A stretch of 64,000 nucleotides of DNA from Lama glama (Eukaryota): NCBI GenBank assembly GCA_028534125.1, contig CM052818.1, positions 7,876,001 through 7,940,000 on the forward strand. The letters run 5' to 3'. Both the position numbers and the translations under genes were made by a program. Within the stretch, counting starts at the first letter, position 1. Each line of letters starts with the position of its first letter. The notes beneath the pieces were generated by a model. The model ran no database searches and was not told the DNA's origin. It saw only the letters and a list, made by a program, of their open reading frames with translations. Shown here in pieces: positions 49,636 to 61,500 of the stretch.

Positions 49636-51914
49636 AAACAGAATGGATTGCAATTAAAATCCAGAGAAAACAGTGGCTGTTTTCTATTATCCCTGAAACT
49701 ATGATTATAAAATAACAGGTAGTATGTAAGAAAGTTAAGGGAAGTTAATATCTCTCTTTAAAATATAAGTCGTGATGTGTATGTACATTTATTCCTGGAA
49801 AGATTTCTTTAGAATGAAGTTTATATTCTGTATTACTTACTTTGTATTTTTTTAAATAAAAAGTCTTGTAAGACTTACATAAAAAAGATTTTAGTATACT
49901 TGTATTTCTAGACATCACGTTACTTTTAGATCTGAATAAATAATGTTGCTGAATATTTCTGACCTTGGTTTACATTGTTTAGAAGATGATACTTAAAAGC
50001 AGCAATTAATTCCAGATGATTTGCCCTTGATATCTGTGTTGGACTATTTTTGTAAGTGTAGGGTCTCATTTTGAAGTAGAAATTGACAACAACAGTTTCA
50101 TGAAGACTTCCTGAAAAATGTTTGTTTCTAAAATTTTATCAAAACATTTAGCTTGCTTAGGTTAATTTAGCAAGTTAAACGTTTTCTTTTATACTGTTCA
50201 AATTTGTTATTCTTGAAAAACAGTTCTCTCTCTCTACACACACACACACACACCCCCAATGTAAAAAAGATTCCCAACACTAATGACATATGTATGTGTA
50301 TCAACTTTAAATCATTTCAAGTGATTTTTTTGTTGCTCTGTGGAGCCATCTGCTGGTCAATGATGTTATATGTCTATAAAATTTTTCTTTGAGTCAAAGT
50401 CAGGGTCTAACAAGATCAGGTACTCTCCATGAGATATAGCCAGGAATTTGCGACCCAAACAAAACTTGCAGAAAGTATCCTTCCAGATATAAATAATGAG
50501 ATCAATTTGGATATAAGATGATGGAGATGGTCACATTTAGAAAATAATCAGATTCTATATTTTGGGGAATTGTTTCATTCATTCAACAAGTTTTTGTAAG
50601 CTTCTCCGTGTTAACAGGATAGAAAAATACATGTACATACACACACACACACACACACATATATATGTATATACATGTTGTAGTTTATAATTTTTAAAAA
50701 GCTGTATAGATCAATACTTTTCTACTTACTAAAATAAATAACGAAGTAACTTGAAACTTTATATATATTCTTCCGTATGGCAACTATATTATTTTTATCA
50801 CTTTTAATTAACATTTCCTTTTCAGCCTCCTATGAGCTCATAGTCTTTTACAGTCTTAACTTGTTCTAATAACCATTATTATTGTTATTATCACTTCTTT
50901 TTGATCCTTAAATATTCACAACCTGTTCAGGGAAAGGTCTCTTATATAGTTTCTTTTGTCCTCTAAACATTTCTATCCTTGCATCCTTGATTCCTGGCAA
51001 CATGATGTTTCAGAACCATCATAATTTTTCCTGCCCCCAAATTATGGAATCACCTATCCTCCGAGAATCTGGGTTTGCTCTAGTGGAGAATAGTATTAGA
51101 GATGAAAATCTAGGTGCTAAGGAGGCCCATGTAAGATCTGGTCATGAGCAGAAGTGCTATTGTTGATGCTACTGTTGCTTATGATAGAGCTGAGTTAATA
51201 AATACATTTTTTAAGAATATGTGTGCACATTGATTTTCCCCCCCAATTTGATAAACAGTATTATGTTGCTATACTTTACTCTTTGTAATGTGTGTGTGGA
51301 GGGGGGAGGTTTCTACCCATGACACTTCCCTATGCAATTGAGTTTGCCACCTTTGATAGATGTATATATTAGCTCTCATCTTTTGCCTTCAACAGCTCTG
51401 CAGTGGGATCATTACAGATCAATTTTTACACATATTCATGATTTTTACCTTAGAACAATCTGCCTGGCATTTTTTAATGTAGAGGGCCAAGCGTATTCCT
51501 GAGAGGGAGTTATTGGGATGGTGTGAAAAGAACACAGAACCAGGAGTTAAAATGGGCTTGTCTCGGTTTCCTCATTTGTAAAATTATGATAATTAACCTT
51601 TGCAGCTGAGTTTAATAGTTTTAAATATGCTTTTACAATAATTTCCTCTCCAACCTACAGGATACTGTCTTGCAGTTAATTAGAATAACTGATTGTAAGT
51701 ACTTTGAACAGTGTAGAGTAGGCCGTACAAAGGGACAGATGGTCTAACTCTTGACCACCTTTTGTTAATTGTTCCACTCAGCCAGTCTACCTGATTCCTA
51801 CTCTTGCCCCCATTCTTGACCTCTTTAAACACTCATCTTGGAGTTTCCACCCCTGTTGGAGTGATGATAGGTACATACAGTGATAGGAGGATGTTGCTCA
51901 CATCTCTCTGAGGT

Positions 51915-52090
51915 ATGTATGTATGTATGTAAGTAAGTATGTATGTATGTATGTATGTATGTATGTATTTATTTAGGGGAGGGGGTAATCGGGCTTTTTT
52001 TTTTTTACTTCATGAGGTACTGGAGGATTGAACCCAGGACCTCATGCATGCTAGACACGCACTCTACCACTGAGCTATACCCTTCCCCCT
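51915..52090 (-). mobile_element. tRNA-Ala-derived SINE (camelid vic-1-like) with (TACA)n tail and TSD
   Basis: Minus strand reads ggggaagggtatagctcagtggtagagtgcgtgtctagcatgcatgaggtcctgggttcaatcctccagtacctc. The tail has expanded into (atgt)n on +. TSD acatctctctgaggt (51900-51914) vs acacctctctgaggt (52091-52105). Confidence 0.9.
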
Positions 52091-52649
52091 ACACCTCTCT
52101 GAGGTCTTTAAAAAGTCTTGCTAGTCACTTGTAATGATGTTTTATGACTTTTATTCTTGTTTCTGTGTAGTATAGTGTGCTAAAAAGATCAAGTTGACCT
52201 CTTGGCAAGGAAGGTTGAATAGAACCTGGCAATTTCTGCAGATCTTCACTTTGTATGACGCTGAATAGCTGAGTTAGTCATTTTGAATAAGTCAAGGAGT
52301 AACAAAATAATGGGAAAATGTTGGGTTAGGCCTTACTTTATTATAATGTTCATCTATTTTATTGCAAGCATAATAAAGTCATGTTTTTCTCAGCTAAAAC
52401 AGTGAAAGAATCCAAGGACAAAAAGTGATGTCTTTGATTTGAAAGTCATTGCTAAAGGGACTTGCTAGCAGGATCTCTTGTAGTTTTTGTTGCTTCCTGC
52501 ATAAGCAGCTCTTGTGGGTGCTCTCAAACTGGGGTTAGGAAAGTCTTTCCCTCATGACGGACTCTAGTGAGTGTCTGCAATATGTTTAAATGCTGCTCTT
52601 AATGTTTTACGTTGTGGTCTCACATGTAGTCTCCATATTCCCTAAATCA

Positions 52650-54713
52650 GTGTTCATGACCACAGGATATCTTTTCATTTATTTGTGTCTTCTTCAGTTT
52701 CTTTCATCAACATCTTATAGTTTTCAGTGTACAGATCTTTCATCTCCTTGGTTAAATTTATTCCTAAGTATTTTATTGTGTTTGATGACATTGTAAAAGG
52801 GTTTTTTTAAATAGTTCACTGTTGCTGTATAGTAATAAACTGATTTTTGTATGTTGATTTTGTCTTGAAACTTTACTGAATTCATTTACTCTAGCAGTTT
52901 TTTTGGTGCAGTCTTTAGGATTTTGTATAGATAAGAACATACCATCAGTAAAGAGAGACAATGTAGCTTCTTCATTCCAATTTGAGTATGTTTCTTTTTC
53001 TTGCCTGATTGCTCTGTCTAGGACTTCCAGTACCATGTTGAAAAGGAGTAGTGAGAGTGGGTGCCCTTGTCTTGTTCCTAATCTTAGAGAGAAACTTCCA
53101 GCCTTCCAGCATTGAATATGATACTAGCTATGGATTTGACTTTGGTGACCTTTGTTATGTAGAAGTATGTTCCTTCTATACCTCGTATGTTGTAAGTTTT
53201 TATTATGAAAGAACATTGAATTTTGTCAAATGCTTTTTCTGCATCTCTTGAGGTGATCATATGATTTTTGTCTTTCATTCTACTAATGTGCTGTGTCATA
53301 TTTATTGATTTTCATATGTTGAATCATCCTTGCATCCCAGGAATAAATCCCACTTAATCATTGTGTATGATCCTTTTAATGTGCTGTTGAATTTGTTTTC
53401 TTAGCATTTTGTTGAATATTTTTATATCTACATTCATCAGGGATATTGACCTATGCTTTCCTTTTTTTTATAGTATTCTTATCTGGCTTTGGTATCAGGG
53501 CAATGCTAACCTCATAAGATGAATTTGGGGATGCTTCCTTTTCTTAAGTTTTTTGGAATAGTTTGAGAAGAATTGGTGTTAATTCTTCTTCAGATATTTG
53601 GTAGATTTTGCCTGTGAAGCCGTCTGGTGCTGGCCTTTCCTTTTTTGGAAGGTTTTCTATTATTCCTTCAACCCCCTTATTTATGTTGGTCTGTTAAAGA
53701 TTCTATTTTTGACTCAGTCTTGATAAGTTGTATGTTTCTAAGGATTTATTGATTTCTTCAGGATTGTACTATTTGTCGGTTATAATTGTTCATAATAGTC
53801 TCTTATGAGCCTTTGTATTTCTGTGGTATCAGTTGTGATGTCTCCTTATTCATTACTAACTGAATCCTTACTCTTTTTTCCTGGTAAGTCTAGTTAAAGG
53901 TTTGTCAATTTTAATTATCTTTATCAAAAACCAACTCTTAGCTTTGTTGACCTTTTCTTTTATTTTTCTATTCTCTGTTTTATTTTGATCTTTGTTATCT
54001 CTTTTCTCTGCTAAACTTGAGCTTTGCTTGTTCTTTTGTTCCTAGTTCCTTGAGGTGTAAAGTTAGGTTGTTTATTTTAGATCTTGTTTCTTCATACAGG
54101 TGTTTATCACTATGAACTTCTCTATACAACTGCTTTTACTGCATCTCTTAAGTTTTTTATCTCATGTTTCCATTTTCACTTGTCTCAAGATATTTTTGAT
54201 TTCTCTTTTGGCTTATTCTTTGACCAATGGTTATTCAGTAGCATATTGTTTAATATCCACATATTTGTGAATTTTCCAGTTTTCTTCTTGTAATTGATTT
54301 CTAGTTTCGGGCCCCTGTGGGTAGAAAAGATTCTTGATATGATTCCAATCCTCTTAAACTTATTAAGGCTTCTTTTGTGGTCTGACTTATGATCCAGTCT
54401 GGAGAGTGTTCCATGTGTACTTGAGAAGAATGTGTATTCTGTTGATTTTGGATGGAATGTTCTGTATGTGTCTGTTAAATCCATCTGTTCTATGTTGTTT
54501 AAGTCTAGTGTTTCCTTATTTTCTGCCTGTATGATCTATTCATTGTTAAAGTGAGGTATTAAAGTCCCCTACTATTATCATATTGCTATTTCTGTTTTTA
54601 GATCTGTTAATATTTATTTTATATATTAAGGTATTCCCCTGTTGAGTGCATAAATATTTACAAATGTTATATTCTTTTGTTGGATTGATCCCATTATCAT
54701 TAGATAATGACCT
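52650..54713 (-). mobile_element. L1 ORF2 remnant (endonuclease to RT), degenerate
   Basis: ORF fragments MDLTDTYRTFHPKSTEYTFFSSTHGTLSRLDH (EN), [20 protein letters not shown] and VLEVLDRAIRQEKE...LSLFTDGM (RT, altered FADD region). Multiple stops and frameshifts. Confidence 0.95.
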
Positions 54714-54719
54714 TAAAAG

Positions 54720-56832
54720 TATGAAAATCTACCTCTTTCAGTGGAAGACTAGGAGATGGGCATTTCTGACTGCTTTATCTGCACTGAGCCCTGGGGCTAT
54801 TTTCCCAGTTGAGAACCATTTCTTTGTTTGCTACCACCCTGCTGAGCACCAAAGCCAGACTATCAAGGGATGTGTCTTCTTGGTGGGTGTCATCAAAACT
54901 AAGGTTCCAGATATGTGCACAAACTCCTTTCATGGAGATACTGGTGACCTAGGGTGGGGCAGAGGGAGAGTGTGAAGTTGGCACCTGCTGGCCTCCAGGA
55001 TCTCTGGAGAGGATTGCAATCAGCTTCTAGATGTGCATTAAGTCAGAAATATGACCCTCAGGCCTCAGTTTTTAAGATAGAAAAATTGACCTCTTTCACA
55101 CAAAGACTGAACATTTTTGTCTGCTTCCTCTGTGCTGTGCCCTGTGGAGACAGTTGTTTCAGAACTCTTTCTGTTTGTTACAGTGAACTCTTTCTCTGTG
55201 TCCATAGTTCTGTGGCACTCATGAACATAGGTCCCTCTGGCCACCAGAGCTGGGTGATCAAGGAGGGGCTGTCACAAAAACTGGGGCACCAGACATGTGC
55301 ACAGACTCCTTTCTGGGAGATACCAGTGACTTGGAGTGAGCAGAGGGACAGTGGGAAGATGACAAGTGCTGACCTCCTGGGTCTCTGGAGAGGATTGCTG
55401 TCAGCCGCTTGATGTTTGTTAAGTTAGAAGCCTGCCCCTCAGATCTTAGGTTTTAAGATAAGCAAATAGGCCCCTTTCACAGAAAAACTGGTCTTTTCCA
55501 TCTGCTGCCTCTGCACTGTGTATTGGAGGGATAGCTACAGTGCATCTACACCAGCCTATTAAGAACTGTTTCTTCGTTCACTATAGCCTTGTGGTTCTCA
55601 TCAACACAAGCCCTACTGGCTTTCAGCGTTAGATGTTTTGAGGGCTCCTCTCTCAGGTGGAAGTCTTAAAAGTTGGGGTACCAGACATGGGGCCAACTCC
55701 TCATCTCCTCCTGGAGGTGCTGGGAGTTGTGAGTTCTCTCCCTTGTGTGTTGCCACCATGGGGGTGGGGTTTACAGCAAAACTGTGTCTCAGACTCTACT
55801 ACTAGTTTCGATGTGATTTTGTTACCGGGAAAAGGGAAATAAGAATTACCTCAGTTTTTAGTCACCCAAAAAGAAAAAGAATTTTTAATGAGAGACAGTG
55901 TGATATAAACGATTTTTATTAGTAAAGTAAAAAGTAGTAAAAGATAATACACTGCCAAGAATTGGGAGTGGGCCAATCCAAGAGAGGAAAAATGGTGCCG
56001 CTCCTTTGTTTTTCTGTTTTATATCCTGGCTTAGGGACGTTTTTTGTGATTGATTAACACCTCAGGTTCTTTGCGTAATCAGGCTGATTGAAAATTCAGG
56101 TTCCTTGTGCTCGGGTTGATTGACAACTCAGGTTCCTTGTGCTCTGGCACGCCCATCCCTTTTTGGACAGTTTCTTCGCACAGAGAAACCTACAGGAGGG
56201 GGCTCAAATTGTAATGTTAATTACATTACAATGAGCATTGGATCAAGTTATGCAGGGTCCTTCTCTTATGTGCAGCTGCAGCGTTTTGATTTTAGCTGTC
56301 TTCTTTTGCTGGCCCTCATTTAGAGAAAGTTTCTGGAGCCCCTTATCCTGAGTGCAGACCTGTTATTTTCTAGGTTATTCCTTTCTCTTTCCTCTCCCCT
56401 TGCCCAGTGCTCATTTCTATCTAACTGCCTAACAGTTATTTATCATTCATCCTTTGTGTAGTAGTTACCTAATTTCTGGATTTCTTTCAGGTTAGAACCA
56501 AGGAGGATCCTGCATATGATGCCCCAAAATGCTGGGGACCTGGTTACTCACTCTGCTCCCCCAGCAAGGGCAGCTCTTTCCTGTTGGATTGCTCCCTCCT
56601 GGTACTGAGCAGTACTAGCTGGCGGATGGGATGCTACAGGCAAAATGAAGCTATTTTCCTTCCTTCTCTGTGCACTTATTGTTCCATTTTTGTTCCATGT
56701 GTCTCTGAAATTTCTCAAGTGGATTCGCGATCTTTCCCAGAGCTGTTTTCATTCATGAATCACAATCTAATTGTTCACCTTTGTGAGGGGACAGAGGCCG
56801 GGGTGTCTTACACCACCATTTTGGTGACATCA
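54720..56832 (-). mobile_element. L1 5'UTR with ~360-380-bp tandem monomers, interrupted by an LTR
   Basis: Three diverged units start near 54731, 55089 and 55470 (cc[t/c]ctttca...a[g/a]act...ctgc...tctg). The 5' end reads tgatgtcaccaaaatggtggtgtaag on the minus strand (decayed YY1-type caagatggcg). Same orientation as and adjacent to the ORF2 remnant. Confidence 0.65.
55820..56434 (-). mobile_element. ERV1-like solo LTR (615 bp)
   Basis: tgtta...taaca inverted termini; minus-strand TATA-like gatataaaa (~56017-56025) followed by AATAAA (~55915-55920); three tandem tgattga..tcaggttc repeats upstream of the TATA. Confidence 0.75.
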
Positions 56833-57049
56833 TCCAGGCCTTACTTTTAAAGGTGTTTTCAGTGGAGAAAATTTATTCAGTTCAAGAAAATTGTATAGAG
56901 AAAAAAACCCAGTTGCTCAGAATACCCTGGACAGTTAAAGACAACAACAGTTTGATCCATTCAGTAGTGTTCCTCCTATACCCGCCCCTAATACACACCC
57001 TATTCATAATACTTGCCGCTTTCTACAAAGTCTTGCAATAGAGATGAAC

Positions 57050-58120
57050 TTGACCTAGGAGTAGCCAAGTCTAGAAAAGAAGAGATAGAAGAAAACACAG
57101 CTTTGCTGAAAGAGTGCTCTCTGCCTGCTGCCTGCAGTCTAAATTATCTGTCAGCTCCACAATTTGGAACTTTATAGGGGTAAAAAAGCCAATTTCTATG
57201 ACTGATGCAGAAACTAGTCTAAGAGCAAGAAAGGATCAGCTTTAGCAGGAGACACAATTAGAGCTCTAGGCCAGTCTCATGCGTTTTCCTTTAAAGCTTC
57301 TCTACCAGAGAGAGGTGAAGAGGGCCAGCCCCCAGAAAAAGATCTGGTTGAAGGTGGGGTCTCCTCACTGGAGGCTATTGATTCAGAGTGCCCTAAGTCA
57401 GTGGCCATCAAGCTTAGGGCTGAGAGGAAGACCAGAGCACACAGGCCTGCAAGTAAAAGAAATCTTTGGACTTACAAAGATTTTATTGAAATAAGCCTCT
57501 GACTATAGTTACACATGGGATTGACAAGAAACCTCCCAAGGAGGTTCATGGAATCTTCAAAGAAATTAAAGGCCTGGCTGGCCAATAACCAGTTACTGAC
57601 TATCCAGCTCCAAAGGCAATCCTTGGACCCCTGAATCCCTGGCAGTAGGAACTGGGCTACAAATCTGTAGCAGAGTGAAATGCTCTCCAATGTCCAAAGG
57701 AGATGTGGCCATGGAAGATAAAGAGAAGATTCTCCCAGAGGGCAGAGCTGGGACTGAGAGGCAGATAGTTCAACCATGGAACTGACTCCACTGTCCCCTT
57801 AGAGAGTCCTCACCATTCCTGCCCAACTGGATTCTCTGTGTGTCATGGACCATTGACAACTCCAGGTTTCATGCTTGTATTGTAATCATCCTGGGTCTTC
57901 TCTACCCATTGGAGACTGGGAATGTCAAAGGCAGATTAACTCCTCAGCTCCAGGGGGAGAAACATATGAACTGACAGAGAGGAATACAAATAACTGCAGC
58001 TGAATGCAGGAACTCGATGAAATCTTGGGGAAGGAATCACCCCTCCAAATAAAATATATATTTAATGAAAAGATGAGTATGAGTATTGGGAACCTAAAGA
58101 GGTGGACTATAGCAGATTAT
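57050..58120 (+). mobile_element. MaLR internal (MLT1-int-like) sequence
   Basis: aggcaatccttggacccc, ttcctgcccaactggattc...tcatggaccattgac; ends gggaacctaaagaggtggac|tatagcaga, like a MaLR internal/3' LTR junction. Confidence 0.55.
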
Positions 58121-58745
58121 CTGTCAGGATCAACTATGGAAAACAGAAACTAGCTATTTGAAGCACAGGTGTTTAATATATTTAAGTAGAAACTTTAAAA
58201 TTTTTAGGTAGAGGTGAAGGGTAAAGTTTCAGGCTAGGCCTTCAAAAATAACTCCCAGAATAGCTTTGCAAAACTAGCCATTGCTGGAGATGTGACTTCT
58301 GCCACCAGCAGGAGACCATCATTGGAACTGTTGGCTTCGGGAGCACATACCTGGGGTCCAGTAGCTGCTACCATCACCACCGCCACTGCCAGCTTCAGAT
58401 CTATGCTGAACCTGAGATTTGCATGCTCTACAACAGGCCCACTGTTACCCAGGAAGCTAGCTACTTGCCACTAAAATGCTGTCACAGAAAAAGCTAGTGC
58501 TGTGCAGCCTGACTGTGCTTGCTAGCAGAAAGGATCCAAAGGAACAGCAGAATGGCTTTCACCTCACTCGCTTCCACCTCCCAGATATTGCTTAAGTGCA
58601 TCTAATTAGCAAAAGCTGAATCATACAGAATCCTGGTTGGGAAAAGTTATTTTTTTTTTAGCTTTTCCAGCCTCTGCAATACAAAAAGGTATATTAAAAG
58701 GAGAGTGGAGTAAATGTTTAGAGACCCAATTGATCTTCTCCACCA
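58121..58745 (-). mobile_element. Old ERVL-type LTR (subfamily not assigned)
   Basis: tctgtcaggatcaactatggaaaacagaaac start; gtgcatctaattagcaaaagc...agcttttccagcctctgca motifs typical of old ERVL LTR antisense. Confidence 0.5.
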
Positions 58746-58852
58746 TGCAGGTACTGTGGGTTGGCTTACTTCACATTAATTTCTAGCCCCCTTCCCTTTT
58801 ACCTTCCTCTACAACAGAAGCTGAAAAGATTAAGTGCTCTATCAATTTTCAG

Positions 58853-59352
58853 NNNNNNNNNNNNNNNNNNNNNNNNNNNNNNNNNNNNNNNNNNNNNNNN
58901 NNNNNNNNNNNNNNNNNNNNNNNNNNNNNNNNNNNNNNNNNNNNNNNNNNNNNNNNNNNNNNNNNNNNNNNNNNNNNNNNNNNNNNNNNNNNNNNNNNNN
59001 NNNNNNNNNNNNNNNNNNNNNNNNNNNNNNNNNNNNNNNNNNNNNNNNNNNNNNNNNNNNNNNNNNNNNNNNNNNNNNNNNNNNNNNNNNNNNNNNNNNN
59101 NNNNNNNNNNNNNNNNNNNNNNNNNNNNNNNNNNNNNNNNNNNNNNNNNNNNNNNNNNNNNNNNNNNNNNNNNNNNNNNNNNNNNNNNNNNNNNNNNNNN
59201 NNNNNNNNNNNNNNNNNNNNNNNNNNNNNNNNNNNNNNNNNNNNNNNNNNNNNNNNNNNNNNNNNNNNNNNNNNNNNNNNNNNNNNNNNNNNNNNNNNNN
59301 NNNNNNNNNNNNNNNNNNNNNNNNNNNNNNNNNNNNNNNNNNNNNNNNNNNN
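58853..59352. other. Assembly gap (500 N)
   Basis: Run of exactly 500 N. Confidence 1.
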
Positions 59353-59741
59353 CTTACTTGCAACTGGAGGTGCCCTTGTGAAACAGTTCTGGCCAATAAG
59401 ATGTAAGCAGAAGTTTGCTAAGTGGATTTGGGAAAATTGCTTTCTCCCTAAAGGGGAACAAAGCAGCTGCTGAAGGCTTTTGACCTTCACTTTACTTCCT
59501 TCCAAAAATGGGAATGTGATGCCTGGAGGGACAGCCATCTGCTGACCATAAGACTGAAAGCTAACAAACCAACAGTGATGGAGCAGAGAGAGAAAATGCC
59601 TGAGTCCTTGATTACACTGAGCAGCTGCAAATGCCATGGATTGCCTACCTTCTATTTCCTGTTAAATGAGAAAAATAAACTATTTGTTTAAGCTATTATT
59701 CGGTTTTCAAATGCTTGCAGCCAAACATTCCTAAATGATAC
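59353..59741 (+). mobile_element. MLT1 (J/K-like) MaLR LTR, 3' part
   Basis: cagttctggccaataagatgtaagcagaagt, gtgatgcctggag..cagccatct, gagaaaaataaactatttgtttaagc, ttgcagccaaacattcctaaatgatac. Confidence 0.8.
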
Positions 59742-59889
59742 CCAGACTTTCCTGTTGTAGAATGGTTATGAAAATGAAATGGTATACCTTACTTGAGAAG
59801 AGTTTTCAAAGTGTTACATGTTATGTAAACAAATATTTTGAAGCATCTTCCAAGGCATATAGTCAATGAAATGTATACAGTCAATATTC

Positions 59890-61500
59890 ATGTAGATTTA
59901 CCCACATCTTACCCTATTGTTTTCCAGTCCTTCTTGCAGGCCTGTATTTCCATCTGGGATTATTTTCCTTCTGCTGGAGAACACCCTTTCTTATTTCCTT
60001 AGATGACTAATTCTCTCAATTTATTCTTCAACTCTCTTTGGGTATTCTTTATATTTTCCAGCTCTTTGCTAAAGACTTCGCTCTGTGCATCTATACTTCT
60101 CTTGAGTTCTGTGAACATCTTCACCATCATTACTTTAAACTCTTTCTCAGATAAATTGCCTGTCTCCTCATCACTTATTTCTTCTTCTGGGATTTTATCT
60201 TGTGCCTTGGCCTGGGAGAAATTCCTTTGCCATCTCATATGGTCTATCTTTCTGTGTGTTTGTGGATTCCTTCCACAGGCTTTGGGATTGTTGTTTTCTT
60301 ATTTCTAGTATCTCCCCATGGTGGATGAGGCTGGACTAGAGGCTTATGCAGAGTTCCTGGCAGGAGGAGCCAGTGCCTGCCCACTGCTGGGTGAAGCTTG
60401 GTCCTGGACCTCTGGCGGGTAGGGACTTTGTGGCTTAGGAAGTCTGCTGATGAGTGGGGCTGTGTTCCCACCCTGTGTGTTGTTTGGCCTGAGACTTCCC
60501 TACAGGCTGCTGGGTGGTGATAGGTCTTGGTGCTAATGATCCAGTCAAGATGTCAGCCTCCAGGAAAGCTCATGTAGATGAACACTCCCAGAATGTCTGC
60601 CACCAGCTTTTGTGTTCCCTGGGTGAGCCGCAGCCATCCCCCACGTCCCCAGGAGACCCTGCAAATCCAGCAGGCAGACCTGGCCCAGGTTCCTAAGAAA
60701 TCACTGCCTCTGCCCTTGGACCTGGCACACGCAAGTTTCCGTGTCTGCTTCCCAAGCGAATGGAGTCTCCGTTTCCCCCAGTCCCGTGGGGCTCTCAGAG
60801 CCAAGCCCCGCTGGCCTTCCAAACCAGATGCCCTGGGGTCTCCTTCTCTTCCCAATGCCGGAACCCGGGCTGGGGAGACTGACGTGGGGCTTAGTGCTCT
60901 CACTCCTGTGGGAGGGCCTCTGCGACTTAACTGTTCTTCAGCTTGTGGGTCTCCCACCCGTGTGGTATGAGGCCCAATTATATCATGAGTACATCCCTCC
61001 TGCCATCCTGCTGTGGTTCCCTCTTTATGTTTCCAGTTGCAGAAGATCTTTTTTGCTGGGTTCCAGTCCTTTTTTTTTTTTGATGGTTTTTTAGCATTCA
61101 GTTTGGGTTTTGTTGTAGTCATGAGGAGAGGCGCGCTTGTGGTCCTACCACTCTGCCATCTTGACCAGAAATCTAATTCTCTCAATTTAGAGTAGTCTAA
61201 AAATATCTTTATTTTATTTCATTTTTGAAAGACGTTTTCATTGGGTATAGAATCCTAGGTTGGTAGTAATTTTCTTTTAGCATTTCACAGATATGACTGC
61301 ATTTACTCTGACTTTCATTTTTCTATTGAGAAGCTCACTGTTTACTCCTATTACTATCCTTTTACATTGTTCATTCTCTGGCTTCTTAATTTTAAGACTT
61401 TTTTTTGTCTTTGATTTTAGTACCTTTTCTGTGATGTACATAGGTGTGGTTTTCTTTGTATTTTTACTGATTAAGAATTTTCCTTTGTGTTTTTTCTGTT
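59890..61500 (-). mobile_element. Old L1M ORF1-region remnant (host), split by a younger L1 at 60024-61172
   Basis: catctgggattattttccttctg...ctaattctctcaattta continues after the insert as ...tctaaaaatatctttattttatttcatttttgaaagacgttttcattgggtatagaatcctaggttgg, the typical old-L1 ORF1 antisense sequence. Confidence 0.75.
60024..61172 (-). mobile_element. 5'-intact, 3'-truncated lineage L1 (5'UTR plus ~72 ORF1 codons), no poly(A), perfect 17-bp TSD
   Basis: Minus strand starts atttctggtcaagatggcagag (YY1 motif at 61155-61163); GC/CpG-rich 5'UTR; ATG at 60238 giving MRWQRNFSQAKAQDKIPEEEISDEETGNLSEKEFKVMMVKMFTEL (L1 ORF1p N-terminus); ctaattctctcaattta at 60007-60023 and 61173-61189. Confidence 0.92.

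Noticed and set aside
58761..59637. Long ORFs of 184-262 aa
   Set aside because: They span the second N gap and an MLT1 LTR.
60553..61185. 210-aa minus ORF and overlapping 117-130-aa plus ORFs (possible ORF0-like)
   Set aside because: They lie in the GC-rich L1 5'UTR where stops are rare, several frames are open at once, and no domain is recognisable.
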